A stretch of DNA of 64,000 nucleotides from Basidiobolus meristosporus CBS 931.73 (taxonomy: Eukaryota > Fungi > Basidiobolomycota). Positions 35,468-48,426 of the stretch are shown here, piece after piece. The stretch spans positions 186,001 through 250,000 of the forward strand of contig MCFE01000016.1 of NCBI GenBank assembly GCA_002104905.1, in the 5' to 3' direction. The notes under the pieces are model-generated. The model was not told the DNA's origin. It did not search any database and worked only from the letters and a program-made list of their open reading frames with translations. Each line of letters begins with the position of its first letter. Positions within the stretch are counted from its first letter, which is position 1. The position numbers and the translations under genes were made by a program.

Positions 35468-38400
35468 TCAATTCTTGTGCCGTCCTACAAGAGCATGAAA
35501 AATACTCCAGCAGCTGCTTTTGATGTCGAATGGCTCGTCTGATTGCGCAAAATATCCTCGCATATTATCAGGAGCATTTCGAGGAACGGATCGTGGCCTG
35601 TACCCGTCGCTGCTGTATCTGCTGTGGGGTTCTGTGACCTTCGGTTCTTGAGAAGTTCGGTATTCGTAATGAGAGTCGGTGGCATTCGGTTCTTGGTAAG
35701 CTCGATACTGGTGATGGAATTCGGTATCGTTCGGCTCTTGGTAATCTCGTGGCGCTTGTGTACTTGACCGCCGAGTGAACGTGGAACTGATCCTCTTCAT
35801 GAGAGGCGTGGGGCTGAATTTTCGGTGGAGAGAATGATTCCTTGAAGTATGGCTTGAGCTAAGTGCAGGTGAAAGTGATACTTGATCATGTCTAGTCGAA
35901 TGGATGGATTCTACTGTGGTACGGGATGAAAATCGAGATTGGCGTTGAGTGATGAAGCTTGGTGCGATGTACGGTGTTTCCGTCCGCCATTCTGTAGAGC
36001 TGGGTGTATCGTTGAGATCACACTCGTATATAGTATTCTCGCTATAGTCAATACTCGGAAGTCTGGCTTTTTCTTCATCTTGCGTTGTTTCTATCGAATC
36101 TTCTTGCGAGCAGGAATCCAACTCGGAGGCACTCTCCTCACCTTCGATGATATTGCTTTTGCTGTCAGTGAGCTGAGATTGAGTGAAATATCGAAAATGA
36201 ATTGGAATAATCGGGTTGGTGTAGGAACGTTTCTCTGTCATGGGAGGGCCTTCATATTGATCGGGAACCAGGTCGCAATCATCGAGAGTGGGTGGTTGGT
36301 CCTCGTGTAATTTCAGTGATTCAAAGGAGAGATGGACCCGACGAGAAATGAAGCAGGGACTCTCCACCACCAATGTATTTTCAGGTTGTATATTGAGTGG
36401 TTGAAAGCTATCAGCATGTAAGTCGTAGTCGAAAATATCGGCTGAATCCTCTTTAGGAACTTGGTGAGGTTTCCAAGGATTATTATCTTCTACAGCTAAT
36501 TCATCTAGATTGGCATCAACTAACTCCGGATTGTCTTGCGTCTCAGTAGATACTTCAGAGGAGGGAGTGCTGCTAAGCCGTGAAGAATCTTGGCTTTTGT
36601 GAAAATCGTGGAATTTTCCTAACAGTAGCTTTTGAAAATATTCTGACTCCTTCAGGCATATCTGGATAGGGGCTGGAGCTTCACTATGCTGTTGGGTAAT
36701 ACAACCAACCGCAGACCGAGGTCGAAGTGCTTTGCACAGCTGAGGTAATTTAGGTGTCGGGAGCTCGATCTGAGGACTTGACGCGCATAAAGTTATGGCT
36801 TTCCTATACCTTCCGGACTTTCTGAAGGCACTTAAAACACGCGTGTCGATAGTTGGTTTTTGGATCTTATCTACACCGGAGAAAGAGATGTTTACATAGG
36901 CATTCTTGGGCTCGGAATGCACAGACGATTGAGAAAGCAGTAGACAGTGAATGTGTGATCCACAACTATTACTCTGATCTTGGTATAGTGTACTAGGGGA
37001 ATTATCACGATGATTCCAACTTGCCACAATCAGTGTTGCTGTATTCTCAACTCCTTCAGTTTTGGTAATGGATGAAAAGTTGTGGAGTGTTTGTTTGGAT
37101 GCTTTTCCGGGAAGGAGCACTATAGCAAAGCTCAGCTGTGGCTCAGCCGCATTTTCAGCTATCAATTTTCTAACACCCAGCATACTGCCTTTATGCGAGC
37201 TAAGCTTTGGCTTGTATCTTTGAAAAGTCTGTGGCCACTGAACAGCATAGCTCGCGGCTTTAGCTCCATGAGCTGAGGAACAATTTCCGAGGGTGAATTC
37301 TACAGTCTCCGAGGGGCTTCCCTTTAATGCCAACTTTTGAAGATATCCTAAGATTTCAACTGAGGTTGACTTCCACTGGTTTGCACCATGAGTGATGCTT
37401 ACATCTCTACTGACTGTATTTTCCAGCTCCAATACGGTATCCATCAATGGTGCATTGGCTTTGGAATAACTAAATAAATGGATAAGAATCCCTCATCCAG
37501 CAAGTGATCTCAAATTCAATGGAATAGTAGGTTACCTCTTAAGGGAAGCATCCCGATCATGGTGTATGATTTGCAAAAGCTCCCTGAGGTTGGTTGAATT
37601 ACGACTGTTGTAGTGCAAATTTCGAACCGAATCTTCACTCAAGTGGTTGATTTTGTTATCCAAGAACAGATTAAAAATCTTAGCGGCACTGTGTTGCTCC
37701 TCCTGTAACAAGGCGCTAGGGCAACGATCGGAGGCTGTATTTTGTGTGAAGGGACCTAACTGATGGACAGATGATTTTCCAGTGAAAACGTCAGCTGCAG
37801 AACTAGACGAAAGGGCCATGATATCTGTAGTTACTTGTGGTAGTTTATACTCCACATTATTACCCAATGTGATTGTAACTATTATGCATATACTAGGCTT
37901 TCCGAGTATATCCTTAACCTCGAGTGCTATATTGATCTTCTGCATGCTATAGTGAGGTTCGCTCTCAATGTTGATTTGTTCCCTGTCACAGTGATTTATA
38001 GGATTCTCATAGACACTCTTGAACTCGCCCTGATTAGCTCCTACACCACAACCTCCTATGAACTCATGAGCTCCGTGCTGTTGGCTTCTTGGCTGTATGG
38101 AACATTGCACATTTGAATCGTACGGATGGTCAGCTGATTGCCTTTGCAGGCTAGAGTTACCATTGGCATCAATAGGGAAAAGCCCACTTTTCTGTTGCGA
38201 GTCAAGCTTCAATATATACTGCGTGTCATTGTTGATGTTGTTACTTTGATGCTCGTCATTTCGGCCTGTGATACGAAGTCGACTATCGTGATAATACACT
38301 TGGCCTGAAGAATCTGCTTTATCCAGAGTCGCAGCCGCGGAACTATTATGCCACAATAGTTGCTCATTAGGGCCCAGTTTTGTTATTCCTATTTTTGTGC

Positions 38401-41400
38401 AATATTCCATAGCGTTCTTGAGGCTCCCATTGCTGCTGTATTCGAGATTGTTTGTCTGCTCCTTACCACCACCTTCGTCGCAAAAGGTTCGAACCCTGAT
38501 GCCCGCAGCATTCATTCCATACGGCTGGGCGTTCTGATCAGCATGAGAATCACCACCATTACTCTGAATAACATCCTGTTCAATCATATCCCGAAAGCCT
38601 AGACTATTGGTCGAAATATCTGAATCCCTACATGGAGACGAACGTTCTTCTGGCTTGTATTGATGCGCATCGATGCACATATCGTTTAGAGATATGCTAG
38701 ATATGTGAAATGCAGTAGATTCAGTCTCTGTCTTCGCCAGAGCGCACCCCAAGTTTAGATCCATACAATGAGGCACATCTATTGATGAATCTATTAATCG
38801 GTTTTCACTAACTGTCTGGTCGTTTTCTACGAGATCGGCTTCAGTTGTTTCGTGATATTGGACTTTGCAAAAGCTATCCCCAGCCTCTGTTGTGTGTAAA
38901 ATCGCTGTATTACACTGCTCCGTATCGTCACCGTCCACTGGATTGATTTTTGAACTGAATTCTTGGGTTGTTGGGCTTGGAATAGTAGTCTCTATATCAA
39001 GAGATTGTTTTTCGAAGATAACCCGGTTCTCCTCTATCGTACGCTCCTGTATATAGTATGCTGGATCAGAATCGCCACTCGGGAAATGGTCGCTGCTTCC
39101 TTGGTTACAATTCGATTTAGTGCTGTCATGTTCGATAGCTCCATCCTTTAAGCCTTCTTCCCCGCTGACTGCAATATCCAGATGATCACAAGATATTATT
39201 GCATGGTCAGCTACGTCGTCCCCGCCATCAAAGTGACCTTCATTTGATTGTAGTTCATCTATCCTTGTTGATACCTCAATATCTAGAGAATTAGCAGTGT
39301 TTGTAGCTGGTTCATTCTGGCACTCCTGCTCCACTTCAGCACTCAGACCCTCATCTATGACTCCACATGAGGAATTGATGGCCTCAATTTTGTCAATTTG
39401 ATCATGCGATCGCATGGTTAATTTGTCCATTACAGGGGCCTCATTGACGATCTCGCACTCGCCAACAACCTCGTGTACCACCCCGTCTTTGACCGAGGTA
39501 AACTGTTCCTCAAGCTGGGCGTTTTCGGTGTCACTCTGGTCAAACCCATTAGAGGAGAAAACAGGTCTATCAGTGGCACCATTTTCGTAGTCAGAATTCA
39601 GCATTGCACCAACACAATCTGTTGGCAATACTTGTTCTTGTGAGTGCAATGGATTAGATGCTGCTTCATTAGGATTTTTTTCCTCAGCCAGAAATGAGCG
39701 CTTGGGGGAATTCAGATCTTCCCCAGGCTTTATCTGCTCTGCCAGTTCACCAGGGGTGTCATTGGATGTTGAAGAGTGGACGACTACTTCGCCTACACAG
39801 TCTACCATAGTGATTTCTGTGGGAAACCGTGGATCTTCATCAGGATCGCTTGACTTCTCCACTCCCTCTTCCACATTGTCTGGTGAAGAACTAATCATCG
39901 TTTCTTCCGTAGAGATCAGACTGCTTTCTACCAAAATCGATTGCTCACACAACTGGGAGTCTACACGGGCAATTGGGGATTCGTTCATCATATCAGATGT
40001 AATGAGTGCTTCTTCTAGGGGGGTAACGTGATCTTCATCCATTGTGACTGATTGCTTAGGTGAGGACAAGTCTTCATTGAGGTTACTCAACTCGATCACT
40101 GCTGTTTCAACCTCTCCCCCAAGTGTGGAAGGCTCAACATCCATCTCTTCCAGGGAGGTCACATTGCTTTCTTCTGTTGTAGCCGATTGCTCTGACAAAT
40201 GGGTATCTTCACAGGAAGCCACTGGCTCTTCTATCACCTTTTCATTTGTCATGTCTGAATTAGACTCAATGGCTCCTTCTGAAGAAATTACAGGACTTTC
40301 GCCTAATATGGTTGATTGCTCAGGTGAATAAGAGTCTTCATTGAGATTACTCTTCTCAACCACCACTGCTTCATTTTCTTCCTTAAGTAACGAAGGCTCA
40401 ATACCTATCTCTTCAGATGAGTTCGAGTTGTTTTCTTCGGTTGAAACTGATTGCTCAAGCAAATGGGAACCTTTGCTGGAAACTACTGGCTCTTCTATAG
40501 CATTCTCGCCTGTCACGTCTGAATTAGATTCGATGGTTGCTTTTTCTAGTGAGATAACAGGACTTTCATCTGCTATGGCTGATTGTTTAGAAGTGTATGA
40601 GTCTTCAACTGTTGCTTCAATCTCTTCTCCAATCATGGATGGCTCAATACTTGGCTCTTCCGGAGAAATCATATTGCTTTCTTCATCCATTACGATCAGA
40701 TGCTCAGGCGAATAGGAGTCTTGGCTGGAAACCGCAGACTCCTCCACCACCTCCTCACTAGCTGTATTAGGTTCGATGACTGCTTCCTCTAGTGAGGTAT
40801 CAGGGCTCTCCTCCACCGAAACTGGCTCTTCAATGGTGCATGAGTCTTCATTGGGGACGCTCTGGCCCTCCTCTATTTCTTCACTCACCACCTCTTCCAG
40901 GTTAGTAGCACAACTCTCCTCTACTATAGTTGATTGCTCAGCGGCGCACGGGTCTTCATGACAATTATCCAACTCTTCAGGCACTTCTTCGCTCGCTTCA
41001 GCAGGTATAGCAGACTCGATAGCTACCTCCTCCAGAGAAGTAACAGGCCCAATGACTACTTCCTCCGAACAGTGAGTTTGATCCTCTTCTAATACAACTA
41101 ACTGTGTGGGTGATTGTGAGCCTTCATTGGAGATGCTCAACTCTCTCACTATCTCTGCATTCATTTTTTCAGGTGAAGAGAGCTCAACATCAATCTCTTC
41201 TGAAGGTGTTGTATTGCTTTCTTCCGTTATAACTGATTGCTCAGGCAAAAGAGGATCTTCACTGGAAACCACTGGCTTTTCCACCACATCCTCATTTGAT
41301 GAGTCCGATATATTTAACTTGGTGGCTACATCGTCTGGAGAGGTAATAGGGCTCTCTTCTACGGAGATTGGTTCCTTAATAGAGTATGACTTTACGTTAG

Positions 41401-42952
41401 ATGTTTTCGAATCTTCCTCTGTTTCTTCTGTATCCACTTCCTCTGGAGAGGAAGTTTGATCGCCTTCTACAACAACTGATTGAGTGGATGGCTGCGAACC
41501 TTCTTCAAAAATGTCCGACTCTAAGGCCATCTCTCCGTTCGTTTCTTCGTGTTTAGAGAGCTCGACATCAGCCTCTTCCGGAGAGACCGTTTTGCTTTCT
41601 TCTGTTACAATCGATTGCTCATTCAGATTGGAATTTTCACTGGGAATCACTGGATCTTCTGGTATTTCTTCGTTTGTTGTATCTAATATATTAGACTCAA
41701 CGGCTGCCTCTTCCAGAGAGGTAGCTGGGCTCTCTTCCACAAAAATTGATTCTTTAAGGGGGCATGAATCTTCATTAAAAATGTTCGACTCTTCTGCTGC
41801 TTCATTCGCTTCACCATATGTAAAAGACTCAGAAACTACTATTTCGTCAACTGGTATTGATTGTGTAGGTGAATGTGAGTTTCCTTCGGACATATATAAT
41901 TCTCCAGCTGTTTTATCGCTCACTTCCTCATGCGCAGATGCCATGTCGCATACTTCTTCTAGGATCGCCAGTTCGGGCAAACTTGAGCATTCGGTGGAGC
42001 CCATAGGTTCTTCGGTTCTCTCGTTACTTGCTTCAGTCTGTACGGAAGTCTCGGTAACTGTTTCTTCTGGAGATGAATCCGAATTTTTGTCTGCAAACGC
42101 CACCTCGTCACTTGCCGTATTTGAGTTAGACTTGGTAGCTGTTTCCTCCAGTGAAGTATCAGGGCTCTCCTCCACCGAAACTGGCTCTTCAATGGTGCAT
42201 GAGTCTTCATTGGGGACGCTCTGGCCCTCCTCTATTTCTTCATTCACCACCTCTTCCAGGTTAGTAGCACAACTCTCCTCTACTATAGTTGATTGCTCAG
42301 CGGCGCACGGATCTTCATGACAATTATCCAACTCTTCAGGCACTTCTTCGCTCGCTTCAGCAGGTATAGCAGACTCCATAGCTACCTCCTCCAGAGAAGT
42401 AACAGGCCCAATGACTACTTCCTCCGAACAGTGAGTTTGATCCTCTTCTACTACAACTGACTGTGTGGGTGATTGTGAGCCTTCATTGGAGATGCTCAAC
42501 TCTCTCACTATCTTTGCATTCATTTTTTCAGGTGAAGAGAGCTCAACGTCAACCTCTTTTGGAGACACTAAATCATTCTCTGCCGTAAGTGCTGTTTGTT
42601 CGGGTGGATCTGGAAATTCGTTAGAGTCAAGAGGTTCTTCCACCAATACTCCATTCGTTTCTTCAAGTGTGAAAGAGTCGGCGGTTTTTTCTTTTAGGAG
42701 CGAGTTACAACTTTCGTGTATCAAAGTTGACTGCTTTGTCGAAGGATAACCTTCTGCATCGAAAGGCGCTTCCACTATATCTTCGACCAGCTCATCAAGG
42801 GTATCGGACTCAGTGGCTATCCTCTCACAAGTATTGTAGGCACTTTCTCCTAAAATAGGGGGCTGTCGAGCTGAGTGGATGCATTCACCGGAAAGGCTCG
42901 TCTCCTCCACTATTCCCTCTTTCTCTATGCAGGGCTGGTCAGCTGCTGACAT
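35468..42952 (-). CDS. Very large acidic low-complexity repeat protein (~2470 aa, two exons)
   Basis: ORFs 37532-42964 and 35468-37447 join in frame through a 66-nt GTAACC...TTTAG intron (37535-37470), giving ...SLK-S-YSKANAPLMDT; Glu/Ser-rich degenerate repeats. Start uncertain. Confidence 0.7.
40791..41201 (-). repeat. Internal ~410-bp duplication, copy 2
   Basis: Near-identical to 42150-42560 at an offset of 1359 bp (453 codons); encodes SPEKMNA..SVEESPDTSLEE. Confidence 0.9.
42150..42560 (-). repeat. Internal ~410-bp duplication, copy 1
   Basis: Matches 40791-41201. Confidence 0.9.
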
Positions 42953-44541
42953 GTAACAAAGCAATATATGTTTCTCTACGGGCCACTACTTGTCCCAAAA
43001 GTGATTGAATAGCTTCACTATAACCGCCAGAGCCAGCCAGTGTATGTATATATGTAAGTCATAGGCCAGGACAAGAGCATAAAAGAATACCTGTAGATGA
43101 GCTATATTATCCTCATAATACCAAGGATTCTATTAATGCTTGAATTCCGTTTGGCCTAAGAGTGCTCAATTGGCTGATGTTGGTAAAATAGTCACATTGA
43201 GCTGTAATACCATCGCACGTCCTGCAGTACAATTGTCGGATTAATATCATTAGATGGCCTTGAACAAAGATCTACCTAAATGGACCATTTATTTTAGAGC
43301 CAACAATGGTATTCAATACTAATTCGTCAGTGTTTTTGGCAACCAAGAACATATTATTGGAAACATGCAAGTCTTCTCCGAATCCAACATGAACATTTAC
43401 TATGTGAATCCGAATACACCTGCATGCTCTTCTCTGGATATGACAATAGTAACAGTGGCGTTTCTAGCGAAATAAAGAATCCATGTAGCGAACTCGGCCT
43501 CGGTGGCATCACATACCCCTACTTGTTCCCAGTGTTGTTGGCACGCTAGTTGCTATTTCGGACCTGCTTCTCATTTAAGCACTAGTGAGCATACATGCTC
43601 AATCACATAATAGGTATCGCTTGCTCCACTTGTCACCCTCTAGCTGTAGTTGGCAATCCGCTGGGTTAAACGCTGAAGATGCATTTTGTCGTCAATTGAT
43701 GAGGTTGTGCTACTTGAAACCTTGCTTATGCTATGTGTCGCAAAGCATACATTAAGCTTCTATCCTTCAGGTGACCTGATTTGCGTTGTGAGCACCAAAT
43801 GAGGCAAACACCCTGGAATTTAAGCTTTCTAGCAAGGTACGCCTCGGATCAGCAGGGGCTTGACTGCCAAGAATCGTAACACTGATTAGTGGTCGTCTCC
43901 GAATCAGAATCACCTTACCAGCGTTTCTACGGGACCCATCAGCAAGCAACAAGTAACAGTTGGTGCGGATTTAATTGCATGCTTAAACAACACTGACCTT
44001 TGGGTGGAAGGGGATACTTTGGGCCAATCACCCCTCTGACGTCTATCTGCCTTTCACGATAAAGATGATTGGCACATGGTCCAGGTTTGAGAAGATACAT
44101 CTGACGCTCATTGCATGAGTACGATTCGGGACCAATATCGATTTCAAGGGCTCCCCATCCGCTAATCGCCGCATTTGCATGATTTATTAGGTCTCACATG
44201 ATGGAGTTCTCTCACTGGTCTTTAGGTGAATTTTCGTGACGAAATATAGAAAACAATCTTAACAAGGGATTGAAATTCTCCTTTTTTCTGGATTTCTTCT
44301 CAAGCCCGTATTCCCTCCTCTCGCTTGGTATTACGGTTTTGTTTTTGGGTTTTCTTTAGTTTCATTTTGGTGACTTTCTCTATTTCTTGTCGGTATATTT
44401 TATGTATGGTTACTCTGATATTGGTGTGTGTATTAACTTGAAATCAACTTCTCTTTCGTGCTGTGTATCGTTGTCATATCTTTCTGTTGAATTTTGTGAT
44501 TTTCCGTGATCTTTCCACCCTGGATATCAAAAACACAGAAC

Positions 44542-45555
44542 ATGTCTTCAGATCGTAAAACTGGTCGCGTCAAGTTCTTCAACTGCCAAAAGGGTTATGG
44601 TTTCATCATCCCCGATGATGCCGCTGAGACCGGAAATGCTGAAAGTAGGTGTATTTTCTTGCTCATGATCGCTATTTACCCGTTTTGTTTGGAAGGTACC
44701 AACGTGCTTAGCAGTTGGCGTACGAATATTCCAGAACACAAGCATGGTTTCATAAATGGGCTATTTCCAATCGAATAGTCCGCTTTGAATCGTATCGAGC
44801 GAGTTGCATATCGCAGCTTGTTCTAGCCACATCATCTCTGTCAATTCCCTTTTTAACCATTCCTTTACTTCTTGGGGTTTTCTGTAGTCTTTGTTCATCA
44901 CAGTGCCATTCACAACGATGGTGGCTTCAAGAGTCTCTCGGAGGTAGTATTTCCCCTCAGCCTGTCCCACGTAAACATCTCACTTATGTTAATTTTAACA
45001 GGGCGAGGAAGTTGAATATGACTTAGTACAAGGCCCTAAAGGAATGCAAGCAGCCAACGTTTCTGGCCCTAACGGAGCTGCTGTCAAGGGAGCTCCGAAC
45101 TTCTCCAGAGGTGGATACGGAGGGTTAGTGTTTGATCCACTAACATTACCAGACTTTGTTGATATTAATGCTGCTTGCCTAAAGATACAACAAATTCGGA
45201 GGAGGTTACGGGTCTCATGGTAAGTAGCTGCGTGATCTAATCGCAGCTTCATAACCCATACTTATGGTTATTTTAAGGTGGATACGGCCAAATGGCACAA
45301 GGTGGGTACGGTCAATTCCCTCCCTCTGGCTATGGAGGTCAAGGCGGCTACGGTCAGTTCCCACCCTCATATGGAGGACAACAAGCGTTCGGAAACCAGG
45401 GTGGTTTTAATGGTGGTGGTTATGGCTATGGTAATCAATCCTTCCCCCATGGACCTGGAGGCTATGGCCAATCGTACGGTCAGCAGCAACCATACAATGG
45501 GGAATTCAACCAGCCTTCCGCCTACGACAATTCCAACCAAGGTGCTCAGTATTAG
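44542..45555 (+). CDS. Cold-shock-domain protein with Gly/Tyr/Gln-rich tail, multi-exon
   Basis: TGRVKFFNCQKGYGFIIPD / VFVHHSAIHNDGGFKSL / GEEVEYDLVQGPKGMQAANV (RNP1/RNP2 of CSD) followed by GYGQ/GGYG repeats. Confidence 0.9.
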
Positions 45556-46076
45556 GGAAGCTCGAACCACACCCCCTCATTTCGTCCCTGTACTGTGATT
45601 CAAGCCATGTATTTCGGAAACATCTAAAGTTGTATGCTGGGAACTAATACTGAAAAAAGTCTCATTCTACCAGCTCGTTTGTCAAAAGGTGGTGTAGTTG
45701 GCATTTTTAGTGTATATGTCTGTTCAATCCTCCATATCTTTCTTGTCATCTTTCAAATGAAGTGCACCTCCGTTTTCAGATATCCTTCAGATTTGTTTCT
45801 TCAACCAATACTTTCTTGAACGCGATACTATTTAATAATAAACAATAAGAATATCCATCGATAACTACCACTCATGTGTATGTACGTCAACGTACATGTA
45901 CATTTGATTGGTGTTGCACATGGGATCGTAACCAATTACTTACCCAGCGATGCAAATTTGATTAACTTCATCACAGTTCCGTTAATATTGCGTAGAGTGA
46001 TATTGAGTGACTTGTGTGTTGTACCTTTCATCATAAACCTAATCCTACAACACCTCAAACTTACAAGCTTGTTACC

Positions 46077-46803
46077 ATGTCTGAAGAGCCTTGGGATGAT
46101 TGGGAGGCAGCTGAAGATGCCGGGGTAGGTGCTTTTCCCAATGAAGAAATAGAGGCGCATGGCATCCTTTGTTCTGGAATCTGATTTAAACTGAAGTTAT
46201 TGTCTACCACTAAATAATCTCCCTTGCCCATCCTAGTTTGACCCCAAGCCGATAGCTAATCAAGACGAAGAGAAAAAAAACCACGAGATTTGGAAGAAAG
46301 CGTAAGTGAGAAAAGTGTTCAACAATCCAAAGCACCTTTAAACCTTAATTACTACAGCAACTCATACGGCCCCGTCGAAGTCGTTCACAACAATGATCTG
46401 CGGACAGGATATGTTGAACCGGTAAATATATCTCATTCTCTATTAGTACATTGTTAGCTTCTCCTTTCCCATCATATCCTTTTCATCTCAATATAAGCTT
46501 TCAAGTCCACTCTATGGCAGTAATAAAATGTGCTTTCCTTCTGCAACGTCCCACGCACACCTCTTTTATGCTTGGCTGATCTGCATACTTAAACTCCTTC
46601 CCTAGGTTAAAATCCTTCGAAGAGCCAATAACAGTGCCCCCAAGAAAGATATGACCGATACAGTCAGCTCCCGGGTCAAGACTATGGAGGAACGGAAGGC
46701 GGAATACGAGGCAGCCAGAAGTAAGATATTTGGTACTGAGAAATCAGATGCGGGCCCCACGTCTGTCGCAACTTCCGGTGCCAATCGAATTCCAAAGAAA
46801 TAA
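46077..46803 (+). CDS. SUZ-domain protein (SZRD1-like), multi-exon
   Basis: MSEEPWDDWEAAED exon; last exon VKILRR...KTMEERKAEYEAARSKIFG (SUZ signature). Confidence 0.8.
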
Positions 46804-47726
46804 CGTTCGGGAGAAGTGAGCTATTGACGGCCGTGTGTTTTCAGCAATGTTGAATATTGGCAACCATATCCCAGGATATATTTGACAGTTCAAGCAATTA
46901 TTAAATATTTATAGATCCTGCATATTCTCTAAATACGGTCGGCACAAGCGAATAAAGAGAGCATGGTACCCACCATTAATGTGTGATGACAGCACGCGCA
47001 GAGGACAGTGTCCATTACTTTGATTCTACCAAGGCTTGTTGCTCTCGAGAGCCTGAGCTTTTGGGAAGAGTAAGTGTTCGATGGTGTTGTGAAGGAAGTC
47101 TTCGACTCCAGATCGTGATCGGTCAGATTAGATCCTTACAGATGATAAACTTCCTTCTCGACTGTATTCCAGCGACCAATCCAAAGAAACGAGACTGCAA
47201 GTAATGAGCCTATTGTTGCTTAGATCCAGCATTATATGATAGCCTGTTGATGGTATATCTGGCTCGACATCCTGGTCATGTCAAGCATGGCGGAGATCAC
47301 TGGAGTCCCAAATGGAAAGGCGCGTGATTTGTGGTGGGGCGGGTTCCTGGGAATTGTGGACTTCGCCAACGAGGAGTCTGGGCTACGCCGAATGATATCT
47401 GGTCGAGACTTCCGGTGATTTACTCAATTGATCGCCAATGTACAAAGAGGTACAATTCTTCGGGGAAATAATAATTCACCAGGCCAACAATGGAGTGGTG
47501 ATTATCAATTGTGCGCACCAAGTTCCTTAAATATGAACTAACGCACAGCAGGGTTGTTGTATCTTTGTCGACCTGTGAACCCATACCAGATTTGTTCTTT
47601 GGCGCACTTTTTCCCTGTTCCTGTCACTGCCCCGTCCCGATCCCTCAGAATATCGTGGATTATATCGAAATAGTGGCAAGAACAGTATCGAGACGTTCTG
47701 TTCTCGTTAGTGAGTAGAGTCTCTAT

Positions 47727-48104
47727 TTGAACAAACTGTCGAGTTTCAAGGAGCGTGGAACTAGACTTCGGGATCGACTTCGAAGGTCAACCACTACTAA
47801 GCACCTTCGAAGTAGTGATTCTGAAGTCAGTGAGAATACTTCCGATACCAACTCAGCCAGCCCTGCCAAGTTCAGGAATTCTCTACTGCAGCAGCTGTTC
47901 CGCCACTCGAGTCTCAGGAAAGCAAGCCAATCCTCCATAAATAATGACCAGAATAAACCGAGGAAATATTCCTGTTGCAGAGTCCCCTATCGAACGGATG
48001 TAGATCCACCGCCCCCAGGGAGAATATCATTTGATGACATGCTATCTGCTGATGAATTCACCATCAAAGTTAGTCTAACTCCAGCGCTTATTAGAGGAGA
48101 CTGA
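47727..48104 (+). CDS. Hypothetical Ser/Arg-rich protein, probably the last exon
   Basis: Open frame ending ISFDDMLSADEFTIKVSLTPALIRGD*; no clear ATG; upstream exon(s) unresolved. Confidence 0.4.
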   Translation: MNKLSSFKERGTRLRDRLRRSTTTKHLRSSDSEVSENTSDTNSASPAKFRNSLLQQLFRHSSLRKASQSSINNDQNKPRKYSCCRVPYRTDVDPPPPGRISFDDMLSADEFTIKVSLTPALIRGD

Positions 48105-48426
48105 GCATCCGTTCGCCAGCTTCCGCAAATATCTGCTTCAAACGACGAGGCATGACTCTGTCTTCAAGCCGACAACTCAGCCACGTAGAACCATCGTAAC
48201 AGTTAAACTAACTCCGACCATAACACACGCCCATTAAATAGTAAACTGTAGTTTAGAAAACCCTTTGTATAGAATAACGAAATGGATCATTCCATCCATT
48301 TTTGACAAAATACTTGGTTGTACAGTGGAATGAGCCAAAATAGAAAAATTCGAAAAATTAAAGTCAATCCTACTAAAGAGCTACTACACTGCGATACGCT
48401 TGCCACCGCATACTGGCTTTCCATGA

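Noticed and set aside
38360-42749. Many plus-strand Ser-rich ORFs
   Set aside because: Antisense shadows of the Glu-rich minus-strand CDS (GAA/GAG read as TTC/CTC gives few stops).
45553-45630. Open frame continuing after the CSD gene stop (TAG GGA AGC...)
   Set aside because: Not a known leaky context and no targeting signal at the extended C-terminus.
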